IMG/VR virus record: IMGVR_UViG_2897842695_000001 | Location: 1-64,000 of that record | DNA: 64,000 nucleotides | Strand: one strand, 5' to 3' | DNA from: a virus | Lineage: Duplodnaviria > Caudoviricetes | Part shown: positions 9,111 through 19,239 of the stretch, one piece after another | How the letters are laid out: each line of letters begins with the position of its first letter | How positions within the stretch are numbered: position 1 is the stretch's first letter | Position numbers and translations under genes: made by a program | Notes under the pieces: model-generated | Database searches by the model: none | Seen by the model: only the letters and a program-made list of their open reading frames with translations | What the model was told of the DNA's origin: nothing

Positions 9111-9455
9111 CTACCGTTTAATTGAGCCGCTAACCGTGTTTACTGAGCCGCCTATCTGACGACTTCTCACATCACCTGATATTGTCTTTACGTTGCCAGT
9201 AATACTCTGGCATTCCACATCACCGGAGGTTGTTGTAACGCTGCCTATGTCGTTCGCTACCACATCACCGCTAATCGTCTGGAGCGATTCAACGTTACCG
9301 TCTACTTTGACTTGAATATCGCCTACCAGCTCACCGGCTTGCTCTACGCCATCAACAATCACCTTGTCACCAATGATGCAAATGCTACGGCCAGTGAAAG
9401 AACGGCCATCAATCGAGACTGACCCATTTTGCATAGTTACATTCATTCGTTTCAT
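9111..9455 (-). CDS. Beta-strand repeat protein (DUF4097-like)
   Basis: Repeated T(I/T/V)SG(D/S)(V/I) motifs. Confidence 0.7.
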   Translation of the reverse strand: MKRMNVTMQNGSVSIDGRSFTGRSICIIGDKVIVDGVEQAGELVGDIQVKVDGNVESLQTISGDVVANDIGSVTTTSGDVECQSITGNVKTISGDVRSRQIGGSVNTVSGSIKR

Positions 9456-9901
9456 TACGCTTCGACTCCATCAATGATCTTTAACGCGATTCTGGCTGCG
9501 GCCAATTGTGCGGCTTGTCTGTCTTGAATGCGGCCAAGCTCTAATTGACGGTGATAGTTATCTAAGCTCACTAATACGGCCTGATAGTACCCACCGACTG
9601 ACTGCCAAACCTTTAATGCTCGGCCCTTAATGGTTGCCTCAAACACCAGCCAGTTAATGTCGTCTTTCATTAGGCGTTCGGTCCAAGTGAGAGAGGTTGC
9701 AATAGCTAGGTGCTCGTCTCTTATGACCAGTTCGGAGGCTTTCATTTCGCCCAGCTGGCAAAGCAAGCGAATGCGCTCAACGTCTATTTCTGGATGAGAG
9801 GCAAGGATCGTCAAAGCGTTGCTCATATCGCTATCAGCAAGTTGTTCGAGCTGTTGTGTGTTCAGTTCTTCGATCGTCATTTTGCTTGTGAATAACGTCA
9901 T
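9455..9901 (-). CDS. Hypothetical protein
   Basis: ORF track; TAATG coupling. Confidence 0.6.
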   Translation of the reverse strand: MTLFTSKMTIEELNTQQLEQLADSDMSNALTILASHPEIDVERIRLLCQLGEMKASELVIRDEHLAIATSLTWTERLMKDDINWLVFEATIKGRALKVWQSVGGYYQAVLVSLDNYHRQLELGRIQDRQAAQLAAARIALKIIDGVEA

Positions 9902-9911
9902 GGTGATGGCC

Positions 9912-10541
9912 CTAATTGAATAGTTTGACGATACGCTGGCGCATGCGTTGGCCTAGCGTCTTATGGTCTACTGGTGATTCGCCATTGCTTCCCACCAAAG
10001 AACGGGATTGAGGCTCTTGCTTGCCAGCATGGCCGGTAATCTTTGGTGCGTTATCGATAGGTAGGTGATGGAACTCTAAGCGCTTGCGTAGCTTAGTGTT
10101 GATGTTCTTGGCAATGGTTAGCTCTAATGTCAGGTCTTTGATTTCGCGCTCGGTGTATAGGCGCTCTTGTGGTCTGACTTTCATGTGCGCGGCCAAGTCC
10201 TCGGTCGCCAGCGTATCGCTAACCCACATATTATCTTTGCGGAATAGCAACACGCGTTCGCCTATCTTGTCAGTGGCACAAAACCACCACTCGCCGTTTA
10301 GCGGGAACTTGCGAGGCTTAGGCGGCTTCACTTTTGGTAAGCGCACGTACTTAATCACGCGGATATCATTGATTAGAGAAACATCCTCGATTTCAGCGGC
10401 GCTGGCGCATAGTGGCGGTAGCTGCGGCTTGAGTGGTAGTTTCTCGTTGATTTGGGAGTGAACATCCGTAATTCGATGCTGTACGCCGCGACAAGTGAAC
10501 GTGACTATAAGGACGTGTCGAGGTGCATAGTTGAATAGCAT
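9912..10541 (-). CDS. Hypothetical protein
   Basis: ORF track; AGGA SD. Confidence 0.6.
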   Translation of the reverse strand: MLFNYAPRHVLIVTFTCRGVQHRITDVHSQINEKLPLKPQLPPLCASAAEIEDVSLINDIRVIKYVRLPKVKPPKPRKFPLNGEWWFCATDKIGERVLLFRKDNMWVSDTLATEDLAAHMKVRPQERLYTEREIKDLTLELTIAKNINTKLRKRLEFHHLPIDNAPKITGHAGKQEPQSRSLVGSNGESPVDHKTLGQRMRQRIVKLFN

Positions 10542-10824
10542 ATTCCTGTTCTCTTTGTTCTTGTAAACAAAAAGGCCACCCCCTTTCGAGAATGGCCTTT
10601 GGTCTTAAAATTGGGAGCTAGTGTCTCAATGTGTTTGTAACTTGATAGGTTGTACCCCGCGTCCTTGCGAGTAACCGATAGAACACCTGCTCTTTGCTCT
10701 ATCAGTATGGCCGTGATTCTAGGCTCATTCCGAACAACTATCAAGTAAATTAAGTTTTAATTAACTCCACATCGTTACTTTGTGACGACAATAACACGTA
10801 AACGATTATTGACATTTCAACGCC

Positions 10825-11502
10825 TTATGCGGCTAATTGCTCTGTGATTATTTGCGCTATTTCTGCGTCTTTGTACTTATGACGAATAATGCGCTGTCGT
10901 GGTAACACGATGCACTTGCGGGTAAAGACTACCAGTACACTGCCAAAGTTAACGCCGTGCTTCTTGGTTTCCCCGTCAGCCTCATAGAACGGGTATCGAC
11001 CGTTAGGCTCTAGAACAAGCTTGGCGTATGGCTCGACGTAATCTATCCACCAGCCAGACAAAGGCTCATAAGGTAAGAGCATGATGCCATCATAGCCCTT
11101 AAACATTTCTTCGACGGCCTTTTGAATAAACTCTTGCTTGAGGTCGAACGGTGGATTGCACCACCAGCCATCTTCCCACTCACACTGCAAGCCATCGAAC
11201 CCAACGCATTTAGGGTTTAGCAATCGGGCCATTTCGTGCTTTGGCTTCAATAGGTCATAGCTGCCGCTTGGATGGTCATTGATCCACTCTGGCGGTAACA
11301 GGTATCGGTTTACTTTGGCCGTTTGCGGTTCGGCGGCCACATCAATCACTATCTTTTTGTTGGTAAGCAATTCGAAGTGCATACGGGCATCGAGAAAGCA
11401 CGGCCATTGAGTCGCCCACTTGTTCTTGACCCCCTCAACGGTCTTACTTTGAACTAATATCGCCACTGCGAATGCCTCTTGGTAGGTACAGGCCATCATC
11501 AA
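10825..11502 (-). CDS. Phage DNA N6-adenine methyltransferase (T1 Dam-like family)
   Basis: KWAT motif, IDVAA, catalytic WCNPPF, MLLP. Confidence 0.85.
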   Translation of the reverse strand: MMMACTYQEAFAVAILVQSKTVEGVKNKWATQWPCFLDARMHFELLTNKKIVIDVAAEPQTAKVNRYLLPPEWINDHPSGSYDLLKPKHEMARLLNPKCVGFDGLQCEWEDGWWCNPPFDLKQEFIQKAVEEMFKGYDGIMLLPYEPLSGWWIDYVEPYAKLVLEPNGRYPFYEADGETKKHGVNFGSVLVVFTRKCIVLPRQRIIRHKYKDAEIAQIITEQLAA

Positions 11503-11701
11503 CGGCCTTTAGGTAAGCTGCTCGCTCAATCTCAACGGCTACAGACTGTTGTTGTATCTTAGGAAGTACCACCACCCCATAGAAGTAATACACGCCAAAG
11601 CTCAACATGATCGCTGCTTGGATAGCAACGGCGGCGGCCAATAGTCTGAGGCTGCCGATTAGGACCGATAAGGTCCAGTCATTCTTAATCTTAATGCTCA
11701 T
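11444..11701 (-). CDS. Small membrane protein
   Basis: Hydrophobic N-terminal half. Confidence 0.5.
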   Translation of the reverse strand: MSIKIKNDWTLSVLIGSLRLLAAAVAIQAAIMLSFGVYYFYGVVVLPKIQQQSVAVEIERAAYLKAVDDGLYLPRGIRSGDISSK

Positions 11702-11984
11702 GGATTTTCACCATTTCTTTGAACGGTGAAAACACTATGTAGTGCTCGATGTTTGAGCCAAGTTCTTCGCCGGTTTGAGGATTGCGACTGATACGGGAAC
11801 GCGTAGAACGACGGAAACGGCCAAAGTTGTTAATGGTCAGCTCGTTACCCTTTGCCAGTTCGTCTAAAAGGATAGAAAACAATGAATCTGTCGTAAGTCG
11901 TATCGTGTCGGGATGTTCATCAGTTAGCAACTCACCTACACGTTTTGCGATCAGTTCTTCTAGTTCTGGTCGATTAATTCTCAC
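11691..11984 (-). CDS. HU/IHF-family DNA-binding protein
   Basis: INNFGRF...RNPQTGE signature; GTG at 11984 with GGAGG SD. Confidence 0.8.
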   Translation of the reverse strand: MRINRPELEELIAKRVGELLTDEHPDTIRLTTDSLFSILLDELAKGNELTINNFGRFRRSTRSRISRNPQTGEELGSNIEHYIVFSPFKEMVKIHEH

Positions 11985-12321
11985 GGTTTGCCGCCTCCAA
12001 TTTGTCGAAATGACGGACACGGGCCGCTAACGCATAACGGAACGGTCTTGCAGCTGAAAACGCTAGTAGTTCTCTTGGCTTCACCAATGCTGGCTCATTG
12101 GTCTTTGGATTCTGAGCCATGCGGCTATTCTTCAACTTGCAAGAAAACACACCAATACGCGTGATACCTACGGTGTTTCCTTTAACCATTACTTGCTCTC
12201 TGATTTCATCAAAGAACGCGTCAACAACTGCCTTGCAGACTTGCTTTGTCCCTCGTTTTCTATCAAATAGGCGTTCATGAATCATATCTACGACTTTTGT
12301 TCTGGTAATATCTTCAGACAC
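11974..12321 (-). CDS. HU/IHF-family DNA-binding protein
   Basis: ITRIGVF...QNPKTNE signature. Confidence 0.8.
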   Translation of the reverse strand: MSEDITRTKVVDMIHERLFDRKRGTKQVCKAVVDAFFDEIREQVMVKGNTVGITRIGVFSCKLKNSRMAQNPKTNEPALVKPRELLAFSAARPFRYALAARVRHFDKLEAANREN

Positions 12322-12569
12322 TCCAAATCCTCTTTCATCTGCTTGAGTGTTAGGCCGTGCTGGTGGCCGTATGCTACTAGCGCATCCAATATCAATTCTT
12401 CCCTACTGGAACACTTCGTAATGATTTGTAATTGCTTGACTAGCTCACGTTGCGTTTCACTTGCTCGGAAATAGATCCGCTTAATGCCAAACTTAGCGAG
12501 CTTTTTAGCGTGCCGTTTGCCCCGTTCGGTACTGCTCAACGGTGGCACTTTTCGTTTTCTATCAGTCAT
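12288..12569 (-). CDS. Putative RHH-type DNA-binding protein
   Basis: STERGKRHAKKLAKFGIKRIYF; operator-containing promoter upstream. Confidence 0.55.
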   Translation of the reverse strand: MTDRKRKVPPLSSTERGKRHAKKLAKFGIKRIYFRASETQRELVKQLQIITKCSSREELILDALVAYGHQHGLTLKQMKEDLECLKILPEQKS

Positions 12570-12575
12570 TACAGC

Positions 12576-12606
12576 ATTATAAACTCATTCCGAACAACTT
12601 TTGCAA
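12576..12606 (-). promoter_or_regulatory. Promoter TTGCAA-N19-TATAAT with operator CATTCCGAACAA (12586-12597) in the spacer
   Basis: Read directly; spacer is longer than consensus. Confidence 0.5.
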
Positions 12607-12617
12607 TTAACACATAA

Positions 12618-12646
12618 AAAAATACCGCCGTAAAAGGCGGTATTTT
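12618..12646. terminator. Rho-independent terminator
   Basis: AAATACCGCC-GTAAAA-GGCGGTATTT with A/T tails. Confidence 0.65.
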
Positions 12647-12670
12647 ATGAAGATATGAAGTGACGATGTA

Positions 12671-13378
12671 TTAGGCCCGTTTCAGCCCTGACAAATGGCC
12701 TTGCTGATTGGCCGGAACACTTAACGGCTTCTTGAGTGACTTCGCTCTGGTTGCAATCTCGAAAAGATAATCTTCCCAACCAAGCAAATTGAGGTCACGC
12801 CAACGGCTTACTGGCTGGCCGTCTCTGGTCATAAATATGTAAGTCGTCTTAGCTTTACCAGCTGGGATAGCTTCACCTCGACCACTGCCCTTTAACACTT
12901 CAAAAATGCTACGGGCCTCAATCAAACGAACTTGCAAACCGTATTGCGAAGCGATGGCCTTAACCATGCTCGAATTGACGCGCATCTGATCTGTAAAAAT
13001 CTTAGTGGTAAGGATCTCTCTACGGCTTGTTTTTACATGCTCTGTCCACTCAAAGATTACACAACGAACGTGAGGTGTTCGGATATTTCGTTTCACTTTA
13101 AGCAAGCCACTATCCCAAAGCATGCGAATGATTCGGAAGTTAACTTTTTCTCTTGGTGCAATGGTGTTACCCACGCCCTCGTATTCGCAAACATAGCCGC
13201 CAGTCAACCACTTATAGGCTTGACCGCTACCAAATTCATGCGCCGGTGCGTAACTTAAAATCAGATCATCCTTGTACAGATAATCACATAGAAAGTTACG
13301 TACCGTTTTTGTCGGATTGAGCAAACTAAGATCCAGCGGCGGTTGCTCCGCTGTCATAAATTCCTCTGCCACCATCAT
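12671..13378 (-). CDS. Hypothetical protein, 235 aa
   Basis: ORF track. Confidence 0.65.
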   Translation of the reverse strand: MMVAEEFMTAEQPPLDLSLLNPTKTVRNFLCDYLYKDDLILSYAPAHEFGSGQAYKWLTGGYVCEYEGVGNTIAPREKVNFRIIRMLWDSGLLKVKRNIRTPHVRCVIFEWTEHVKTSRREILTTKIFTDQMRVNSSMVKAIASQYGLQVRLIEARSIFEVLKGSGRGEAIPAGKAKTTYIFMTRDGQPVSRWRDLNLLGWEDYLFEIATRAKSLKKPLSVPANQQGHLSGLKRA

Positions 13379-13401
13379 AATTTTTTCTACCCTGCGAGCC
13401 T

Positions 13402-14142
13402 CTATGCTGCCAGTGTAGTTTTGTTATCGAATGATGGCAATGCAAAGTATTGCGTAAGTTGAGCCATGCACGCATCATAACCCTTTGCTATCACTACGTA
13501 GTAGCCCATCTGCCGGTATAGTTCGGCCTTGCTTTTCTGGTCCTTGCTGGCCGTCCCTTTTTCCGTTTTCACCTCTAAGAACATGCCGTGATATATGCCT
13601 TTGGGAATAGGTATAAACACGTCTGGCGTGCCTTTTTTCTGGCCCTCATAGCTTATGAGACTAGCCGAACGCTTGGACCGGTGGCCGCCATTAGGTACAG
13701 CAAAAGCAAACTCGTACTCATCCGGATAATCAACCTCTAACGTGTAGAAGATTCGAACTTGCAACCAGTGTTCGGCTAACTTGGTATCGTTTAGCTCGCT
13801 TGGTTTCTTAATGCCTTGGGCAATGCGTGTTTTATGTGGTGATACCAGCTCGACACGCTTCTTGCTGGTGGCCGAACGGGCCACCTCTGAATCACGCTCA
13901 AGAATCCGGATCGCCCATGCTGGGATCTCGTTGGTATCCACCAGCGCAACGTTTATTGTCGCTGGTGCTGGTGGCTGTATCTCACGACTCACACTGCGGT
14001 TAATTTCGGCTAGTGGATCGCAAATATTGAAGTCACCACCATGACCGGCCTTAACGCCCCGCTTTTTCCAGTTCTTGCGCTTCTCCATCTGGTTTCCGAG
14101 AAACGCCAAATCAAATCTTGGTCCTTTAGCCATTGCATCCAC
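13402..14142 (-). CDS. VRR-NUC domain nuclease
   Basis: AVPNGGHR...GQKKGTPD...FLEVK...Q motif set. Confidence 0.85.
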   Translation of the reverse strand: MDAMAKGPRFDLAFLGNQMEKRKNWKKRGVKAGHGGDFNICDPLAEINRSVSREIQPPAPATINVALVDTNEIPAWAIRILERDSEVARSATSKKRVELVSPHKTRIAQGIKKPSELNDTKLAEHWLQVRIFYTLEVDYPDEYEFAFAVPNGGHRSKRSASLISYEGQKKGTPDVFIPIPKGIYHGMFLEVKTEKGTASKDQKSKAELYRQMGYYVVIAKGYDACMAQLTQYFALPSFDNKTTLAA

Positions 14143-14710
14143 CTATACCAAGTGCAAGGGCCATTGTGGCCGAAAGGTTAGGCCGGACCATTTCGCCGGT
14201 TTTAATTGGCTTTGGTTTTGGTTCAACCACTTTCAACTTGTTAGGCTTTGACTCGCTTCTGGCTTGCAGCTGGCGTGAACGCTTCATGCTGTCCAGTGCA
14301 TCTTCTATCGAGCCGTCACAGCGTCTTATGTGGTTGTACAACGTGCTCAATGATACGTTGAGCGATTTAGCTATGGCCGGTGCGCCTTTAATGCCATTCC
14401 ATACGTACTTATGCTCACCATTCTTTGAACGATAGTCCTTGTTCTGCACGGCTTCTTCTATCGAGTAACCAGCGGCCAAACGACACTTAACCGTCTCCAT
14501 ACTCACGCCGTTTTTCTTAGCCTTGATTGAGACTTCTTTTGGTAACTTGTTCTTACATGACATAGAGAGGCCAAGCTTGTAGCCTCGGTTAGAAACTTGT
14601 CGGTAAGTGCGGCCAAGGCGCTTTGCAATTTCCTTAGCCGTAATTTTTCCGGCCAGCTGTTTTATTACTTCATCTTCACTTGGAGTAAACGGAACTGAAC
14701 CCTTACACAC
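14126..14710 (-). CDS. Multi-HTH DNA-binding protein
   Basis: FTPSED...EIAKRLGRT and AIAKSLNVSLSTLY HTH-like motifs. Confidence 0.65.
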   Translation of the reverse strand: MCKGSVPFTPSEDEVIKQLAGKITAKEIAKRLGRTYRQVSNRGYKLGLSMSCKNKLPKEVSIKAKKNGVSMETVKCRLAAGYSIEEAVQNKDYRSKNGEHKYVWNGIKGAPAIAKSLNVSLSTLYNHIRRCDGSIEDALDSMKRSRQLQARSESKPNKLKVVEPKPKPIKTGEMVRPNLSATMALALGIGGCNG

Positions 14711-14721
14711 GATGCTATCCC

Positions 14722-16092
14722 CTATTTACGTTTCTTACGGTCACGCTTAGGCTTGCCAACTTTAGGCTTGGCGCTGGTATTGCTTGTTCTTAGCTTGTAG
14801 GCGGTATCAAAGCGCTTGTTAATGCGCTCGATAAGTGACTGGCTCTTAGGTGCTAACGCTTTTGCTCGCTCAATATTGGTTAGCGCACGCATTAGCTCAT
14901 GTTCTGGTACATAGTCATTCAGACGACGACAAATCTCAGCTAGGCTAGCGGTCGTGTTCCACTGGATATCAAGCACGTTTGCGTAGGCCACCAGCTTTCT
15001 AGCGCGTTCTGTAGCGTTTAGTACAGATTGTTCCATTTCCTTAATTGGAAGCTGTTTAGCGCCAGCTTTAAAGCTTTCCCAAAGGTGCTCTGGTAGCCTT
15101 ACTGATTCGTGAACGTCAGCCGAGAAACAAACATCGCCTTGCTTGTCAAAGTAAGCGGTATGGCCGCATCCGGTTTCTGTATTCACCAAGAATAAAATGC
15201 CAAAGTTGGTATCCGGTGCTGGCATCCCCTCGGCTAAATCGAGCATACCGGAACGGGCCAAGAAGAACGCTTGCCAGCCAGCCTCACCCCAAACTTGTTT
15301 CATGTTATGTAGTTCGCGGATCTGTTCTAGGTATAGAGCGTCATTGCGTAACGTTACGTTTTCACCGCTCACGATAGCGGAATACCCGATCAGCTCATCC
15401 AAGTGGTGCATAACTGAATGGTAATTGCGGTCAGCGTTACGCACGCCCTCTTCCATTGACTCGATTTGATTGGTTTGAGTAGCAACAAGCTCACTTAGCA
15501 GCTCTATATGAGCCTCGCTTTCATTAGCCTTTTTGGTTAGCTTGCCAACGGTATCAGACAGTTCCCTATTCTTACCGGACGACTCTTTGAGCTTGGCTTC
15601 TAAATCATTTTTGCTTTGCTCCAGCTGGTCCAGTTCGACCGTGGACACGGTATGATTACTAAGGGCCGCTTTCACTTTGTTCTCGATGAGTCTTGGCACT
15701 CCAGCCAGCTCGTCTTGAGCGTGTTTAAGATCCGTCTTGGTCTTATTGTTCTCTGCCGTCAATGCGGTCAGCTTGTCTTGTAACGCTACCTTTTCTTGCT
15801 CTGCTGAATTAGCGCGTTCGTCTGATTTATTGCGCATACTGCGCATTGTTTCTACTGCTGCAAACTGTCTATCTCTATCGGCTTGCAATGCTAGGAACTT
15901 GCTCTCAAGTTCCTGATACTTTTGTTGTAATTCCTCAGTGGCCGCACCATTTAAACGCTCTAACTTGCGCTGTAAATCTTCAATCATAAACTGTTGAAAC
16001 TTTACTAGCTCAATCTCAAATTCTTGTATTTTGAATGGTCCTTGGTTCGGAATGCACCACGGAAGATCTACGACGAAAACATCAGTGCTCAT
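14722..16092 (-). CDS. Long coiled-coil protein, 456 aa
   Basis: Heptad-rich N-terminal ~260 aa and basic C-terminal tail. Confidence 0.7.
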   Translation of the reverse strand: MSTDVFVVDLPWCIPNQGPFKIQEFEIELVKFQQFMIEDLQRKLERLNGAATEELQQKYQELESKFLALQADRDRQFAAVETMRSMRNKSDERANSAEQEKVALQDKLTALTAENNKTKTDLKHAQDELAGVPRLIENKVKAALSNHTVSTVELDQLEQSKNDLEAKLKESSGKNRELSDTVGKLTKKANESEAHIELLSELVATQTNQIESMEEGVRNADRNYHSVMHHLDELIGYSAIVSGENVTLRNDALYLEQIRELHNMKQVWGEAGWQAFFLARSGMLDLAEGMPAPDTNFGILFLVNTETGCGHTAYFDKQGDVCFSADVHESVRLPEHLWESFKAGAKQLPIKEMEQSVLNATERARKLVAYANVLDIQWNTTASLAEICRRLNDYVPEHELMRALTNIERAKALAPKSQSLIERINKRFDTAYKLRTSNTSAKPKVGKPKRDRKKRK

Positions 16093-16131
16093 GTTCTAAA
16101 TAATCTCAATTGGGGAAATAGGAAAAGTGGA

Positions 16132-16437
16132 TTAGGCTACGTTTGCGTAATGCTCTAAGCGCTCGTCTAAATCATCTAGCCAGACTAGGATCTCGCCGTT
16201 CTTGTGAACGTAATCTAGACCGCTTTCTAAGATAACCTCGGCTACATCCTTTGACTTAATGCCAACCTCTGCGGCAATAGTACGGTTGCTAAAGTAAAAC
16301 GCACTGGCTGAATCGGTGAAGTCTCTCTCACCGCCTAAATCATTGCTCATTTCACGTAGCGTTCGATTGGTCATGCGGCGCAAAACAATCACTAGATCAT
16401 CATGGCCGTTTAACACTTGTTGATTTGGTTTCGCCAT
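16132..16437 (-). CDS. Hypothetical protein
   Basis: ORF track, directly after ssb. Confidence 0.6.
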   Translation of the reverse strand: MAKPNQQVLNGHDDLVIVLRRMTNRTLREMSNDLGGERDFTDSASAFYFSNRTIAAEVGIKSKDVAEVILESGLDYVHKNGEILVWLDDLDERLEHYANVA

Positions 16438-16440
16438 ACC

Positions 16441-16962
16441 TTACCCCATGCAATGTACTAAAGCTGGGTGCTGTAAGCCGATTGGAGCGAACGGTATATC
16501 GTCGTCAAAGTCCATTGGCGGCTCATTGTATTGCTGTTGTGGCGGTTGATGGCGGCCACCAGATTGCTGCTGTTGCTGTTGTGGTGCTTGGTTGTTTGTA
16601 CCACCTTGAGCACGGCCACCAAGCATCTGCATAACACCATTGAAGCCTTGAACAACAACTCCAGTTGAATATTGGTCTTTGCCTGATTGGTCTTGCCATT
16701 TACGCGTTTGCAATTGGCCCTCAACATAGACTTGTGAGCCTTTGCGTAGGTACTCACCGGCTACCTCTGCCAGCTTGCCGAACAGGGAAACTCGATGCCA
16801 TTCCGTTTTTTCACGCATTTGACCCGATGCTTTATCGCGCCATGTTTCCGAGGTGGCGATCGTGATAGTCGCGACCGCACCGCCGTTTGGTAGGTATCGA
16901 ATTTCCGGATCTGCTCCGAGATTACCTACCAAGATAACTTTGTTAATGCCTCTGCTTGCCAT
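16441..16962 (-). CDS. ssb: Single-stranded DNA-binding protein
   Basis: [18 protein letters not shown]-fold, [16 protein letters not shown]. Confidence 0.97.
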   Translation of the reverse strand: MASRGINKVILVGNLGADPEIRYLPNGGAVATITIATSETWRDKASGQMREKTEWHRVSLFGKLAEVAGEYLRKGSQVYVEGQLQTRKWQDQSGKDQYSTGVVVQGFNGVMQMLGGRAQGGTNNQAPQQQQQQSGGRHQPPQQQYNEPPMDFDDDIPFAPIGLQHPALVHCMG

Positions 16963-17588
16963 TAATTGTTGCCTTGTAAAAGTTCACGTTGTCTAGCTTG
17001 CAAGGCCACCAGTACCGAAGTATCAAAGGCGGCATCATGCAATGAATTGTGGGGAATAAAGTTGGTTGGTTGTGCTTCATCTTCGAGGTAGCCGTTAATT
17101 TGTAGCGCTAGCTCATCGATGGCCGTGCGAATGCAGCGGAAACGGTTATAACGTTTGATTGGTGACTTAACACCAGTCACTTTGAATAGGTTCTTGATAA
17201 TGTCGCCATCAAAGTCGTAACCACGGCAATAGATCGCTGCACCGTTCTTGTCGATTGGCTCTAACCAGTTAAGCAAGTGGTCAGCAATGCGCTTCATCGC
17301 ATCTTCCACGGACACATCATGCTCGCTTGGCTCAAGTACCCAACGTGCTTCTGGTCCTTGTTGCTCCCACCATTCCCAAGTTCCTTGATCTTCAACTAGG
17401 CCAAGTTCTTCCTGACCAGCTAAACGAAATTTGATGTACAAGCTAGACTCACGTTTGCGAAGCTCATCAAACGTTGCGAGTTCGCCACGGTTGAACGGCA
17501 CTAAACCAAAACTCAATACCTTACAGTCGGTGTCTGTTGATAACGACTCAAAATCAATTGTTGCTGCGTTGTATTTTTTAACGATCAT
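16962..17588 (-). CDS. DEDDh 3'-5' exonuclease (Rv2179c/exonuclease VIII-like)
   Basis: IDFESL, GYDFD and HNSLHDA motifs. Confidence 0.85.
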   Translation of the reverse strand: MIVKKYNAATIDFESLSTDTDCKVLSFGLVPFNRGELATFDELRKRESSLYIKFRLAGQEELGLVEDQGTWEWWEQQGPEARWVLEPSEHDVSVEDAMKRIADHLLNWLEPIDKNGAAIYCRGYDFDGDIIKNLFKVTGVKSPIKRYNRFRCIRTAIDELALQINGYLEDEAQPTNFIPHNSLHDAAFDTSVLVALQARQRELLQGNN

Positions 17589-17883
17589 TTGCTACTGCCC
17601 TATCTCGGATTTTGATTGCATCCCCAAAGAATAACCATCCCTCTGATTCACCGCTATAAAGTGCGACAAGTTCTAGCGTTTTAACTTTGGGTTCTGCTTC
17701 GCCTTTTTCCAATTTAGTTAGCGTCTGCGGCGATACTCCAATCAAAGCGGCGAATACTTCAATGGCGCTACCAGTAAGCTTTCTAGCTTGCTTAATGCGG
17801 ATACCGCGAGCTTTTCGATACTCAGCGGATTGAATTTCCGCTGCTAACTTAGTCTTTTCGGTTTGAGTCTTTGTAAAAGTCAT
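17578..17883 (-). CDS. XRE-family HTH regulator
   Basis: RIKQARK...FAALIGVSPQTLTKLEKGEAEP...WLFFG. Confidence 0.88.
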   Translation of the reverse strand: MTFTKTQTEKTKLAAEIQSAEYRKARGIRIKQARKLTGSAIEVFAALIGVSPQTLTKLEKGEAEPKVKTLELVALYSGESEGWLFFGDAIKIRDRAVANDR

Positions 17884-18277
17884 CTATTGTCGCCGCTTGG
17901 CGCTCTTGTTCGGTTGTGGTGGCGTAGAGTAGAGCTTTCCGGTTCTCAAGTACGTCATTCTTAGCCCACTCCATACACAACCGCTGCCATTTGATGATCG
18001 CGATTGGATTTGATAGGTCGTAAGTAGTACCGAAACAAGCATCACACTCATATTTAACAAACAGCGGCTTTACCCAACCTCGCCCCTTGCAATGCTCACA
18101 AGGCTTTGGCTTGTCGTTTAAAGTTACTTCCGCGTCTGCACATCGAGCGATCACGTCCTTGGATTCATCATCCAGTTCTACATCAAAGTGATCGAGTATC
18201 GAGCTGTTCGCTGCGTCCCTTTCGCGCTGTCTAGCCGCTAGGTGCTGCCTTTTGCTCTCTGTTACCTCGTCACACAT
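17849..18277 (-). CDS. Protein with DnaJ-type CxxCxGxG zinc finger
   Basis: CEHCKGRG and CDACFG; probable ATG at 18277 beside operator 18287-18298. Confidence 0.6.
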   Translation of the reverse strand: MCDEVTESKRQHLAARQRERDAANSSILDHFDVELDDESKDVIARCADAEVTLNDKPKPCEHCKGRGWVKPLFVKYECDACFGTTYDLSNPIAIIKWQRLCMEWAKNDVLENRKALLYATTTEQERQAATIDDFYKDSNRKD

Positions 18278-18420
18278 TATAACATCCATTCCGAACAAAT
18301 AATTTATATGCAGTATTACCCAACATCGTAAAAATTGCAAAAACTATTGTAGTGTTTGATTGTTTTGGTGTAGATTACCGCTTGAGCAAACAAACAAACC
18401 CACAATTTGAGGACAGCATA

Positions 18421-18657
18421 ATGTCGGATTGCAAAACTAAAACCGTACACGATAAATTTCAGAATGATGTAAAGGCGTTTCAAGAAACACAAACCAACTC
18501 AGTTGTAGACGTGATGGTTTACCGCTATGTACAAAGCGGAAATACCAGCCTAGAAAGTATCAGTAAGCGCTTTAAAATGACAAGTTCACGACTTTTAGCC
18601 GCAATTAGTGACAAGTTATTTAAGGTGGACGGCGACAATATCAGCCTGTCGAATTAA
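18421..18657 (+). CDS. Hypothetical (possible winged-helix) protein
   Basis: GAGGA SD before ATG 18421; terminator follows. Confidence 0.55.
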   Translation: MSDCKTKTVHDKFQNDVKAFQETQTNSVVDVMVYRYVQSGNTSLESISKRFKMTSSRLLAAISDKLFKVDGDNISLSN

Positions 18658-18673
18658 GAACATTTCAAACTAG

Positions 18674-18701
18674 AAAGCCTCCAAGATTGGAGGCTTTTTT
18701 T
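18674..18701 (+). terminator. Rho-independent terminator
   Basis: AAAGCCTCCAA-GA-TTGGAGGCTTTTTTT. Confidence 0.7.
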
Positions 18702-18777
18702 ATACTCTTGGAACAGCAAAAAACCAGCAATTAACCGTTGTTATATCTCGCGAAGTATCAACGAACCAAACACAATA

Positions 18778-19023
18778 TTACACATTCGGAATGGAATGCT
18801 CACTTTCCGAAACTGCAACTTTCACTTTTGAGGCATCAATCAAAACCGAATCTGTCGCGTTTAGCATTTTGCCAGAAATGATTATTTCGTCAGTTGGCCG
18901 TAGCTCCGCAAGCAATGAAAAAGCAGCCTCGCCACCAGCTTGCGCGATCACTGTCCCTTGATACTCAAACAGGCCAAATTCATCATGACCCTTGATGCTC
19001 ACCAGTTCGCCGCGCTTCATCAT
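18778..19023 (-). CDS. Hypothetical protein
   Basis: ORF track; ATGA overlap. Confidence 0.5.
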   Translation of the reverse strand: MMKRGELVSIKGHDEFGLFEYQGTVIAQAGGEAAFSLLAELRPTDEIIISGKMLNATDSVLIDASKVKVAVSESEHSIPNV

Positions 19024-19172
19024 GCCATCCCCCAGCTGACCATGAGCTTTTCAACAACCAGATACCATGACCAGAACGGTATTACGCACGCAATGGTACT
19101 TACAACGCCCTTAGCGAGCACAAACCCCGCTAACCAAGCAACTACAGCCAAGAGTCTTACTACCTCTCTCAT
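19020..19172 (-). CDS. Small membrane protein (MREVVRLL...)
   Basis: Hydrophobic; GAGG SD before ATG 19172. Confidence 0.5.
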   Translation of the reverse strand: MREVVRLLAVVAWLAGFVLAKGVVSTIACVIPFWSWYLVVEKLMVSWGMA

Positions 19173-19239
19173 TGGCCCTCTCCTTTCGCTCAAGTGATAC
19201 CGGCACAAAGGCCGTCAATCTATCCATACCTTGAACCTA

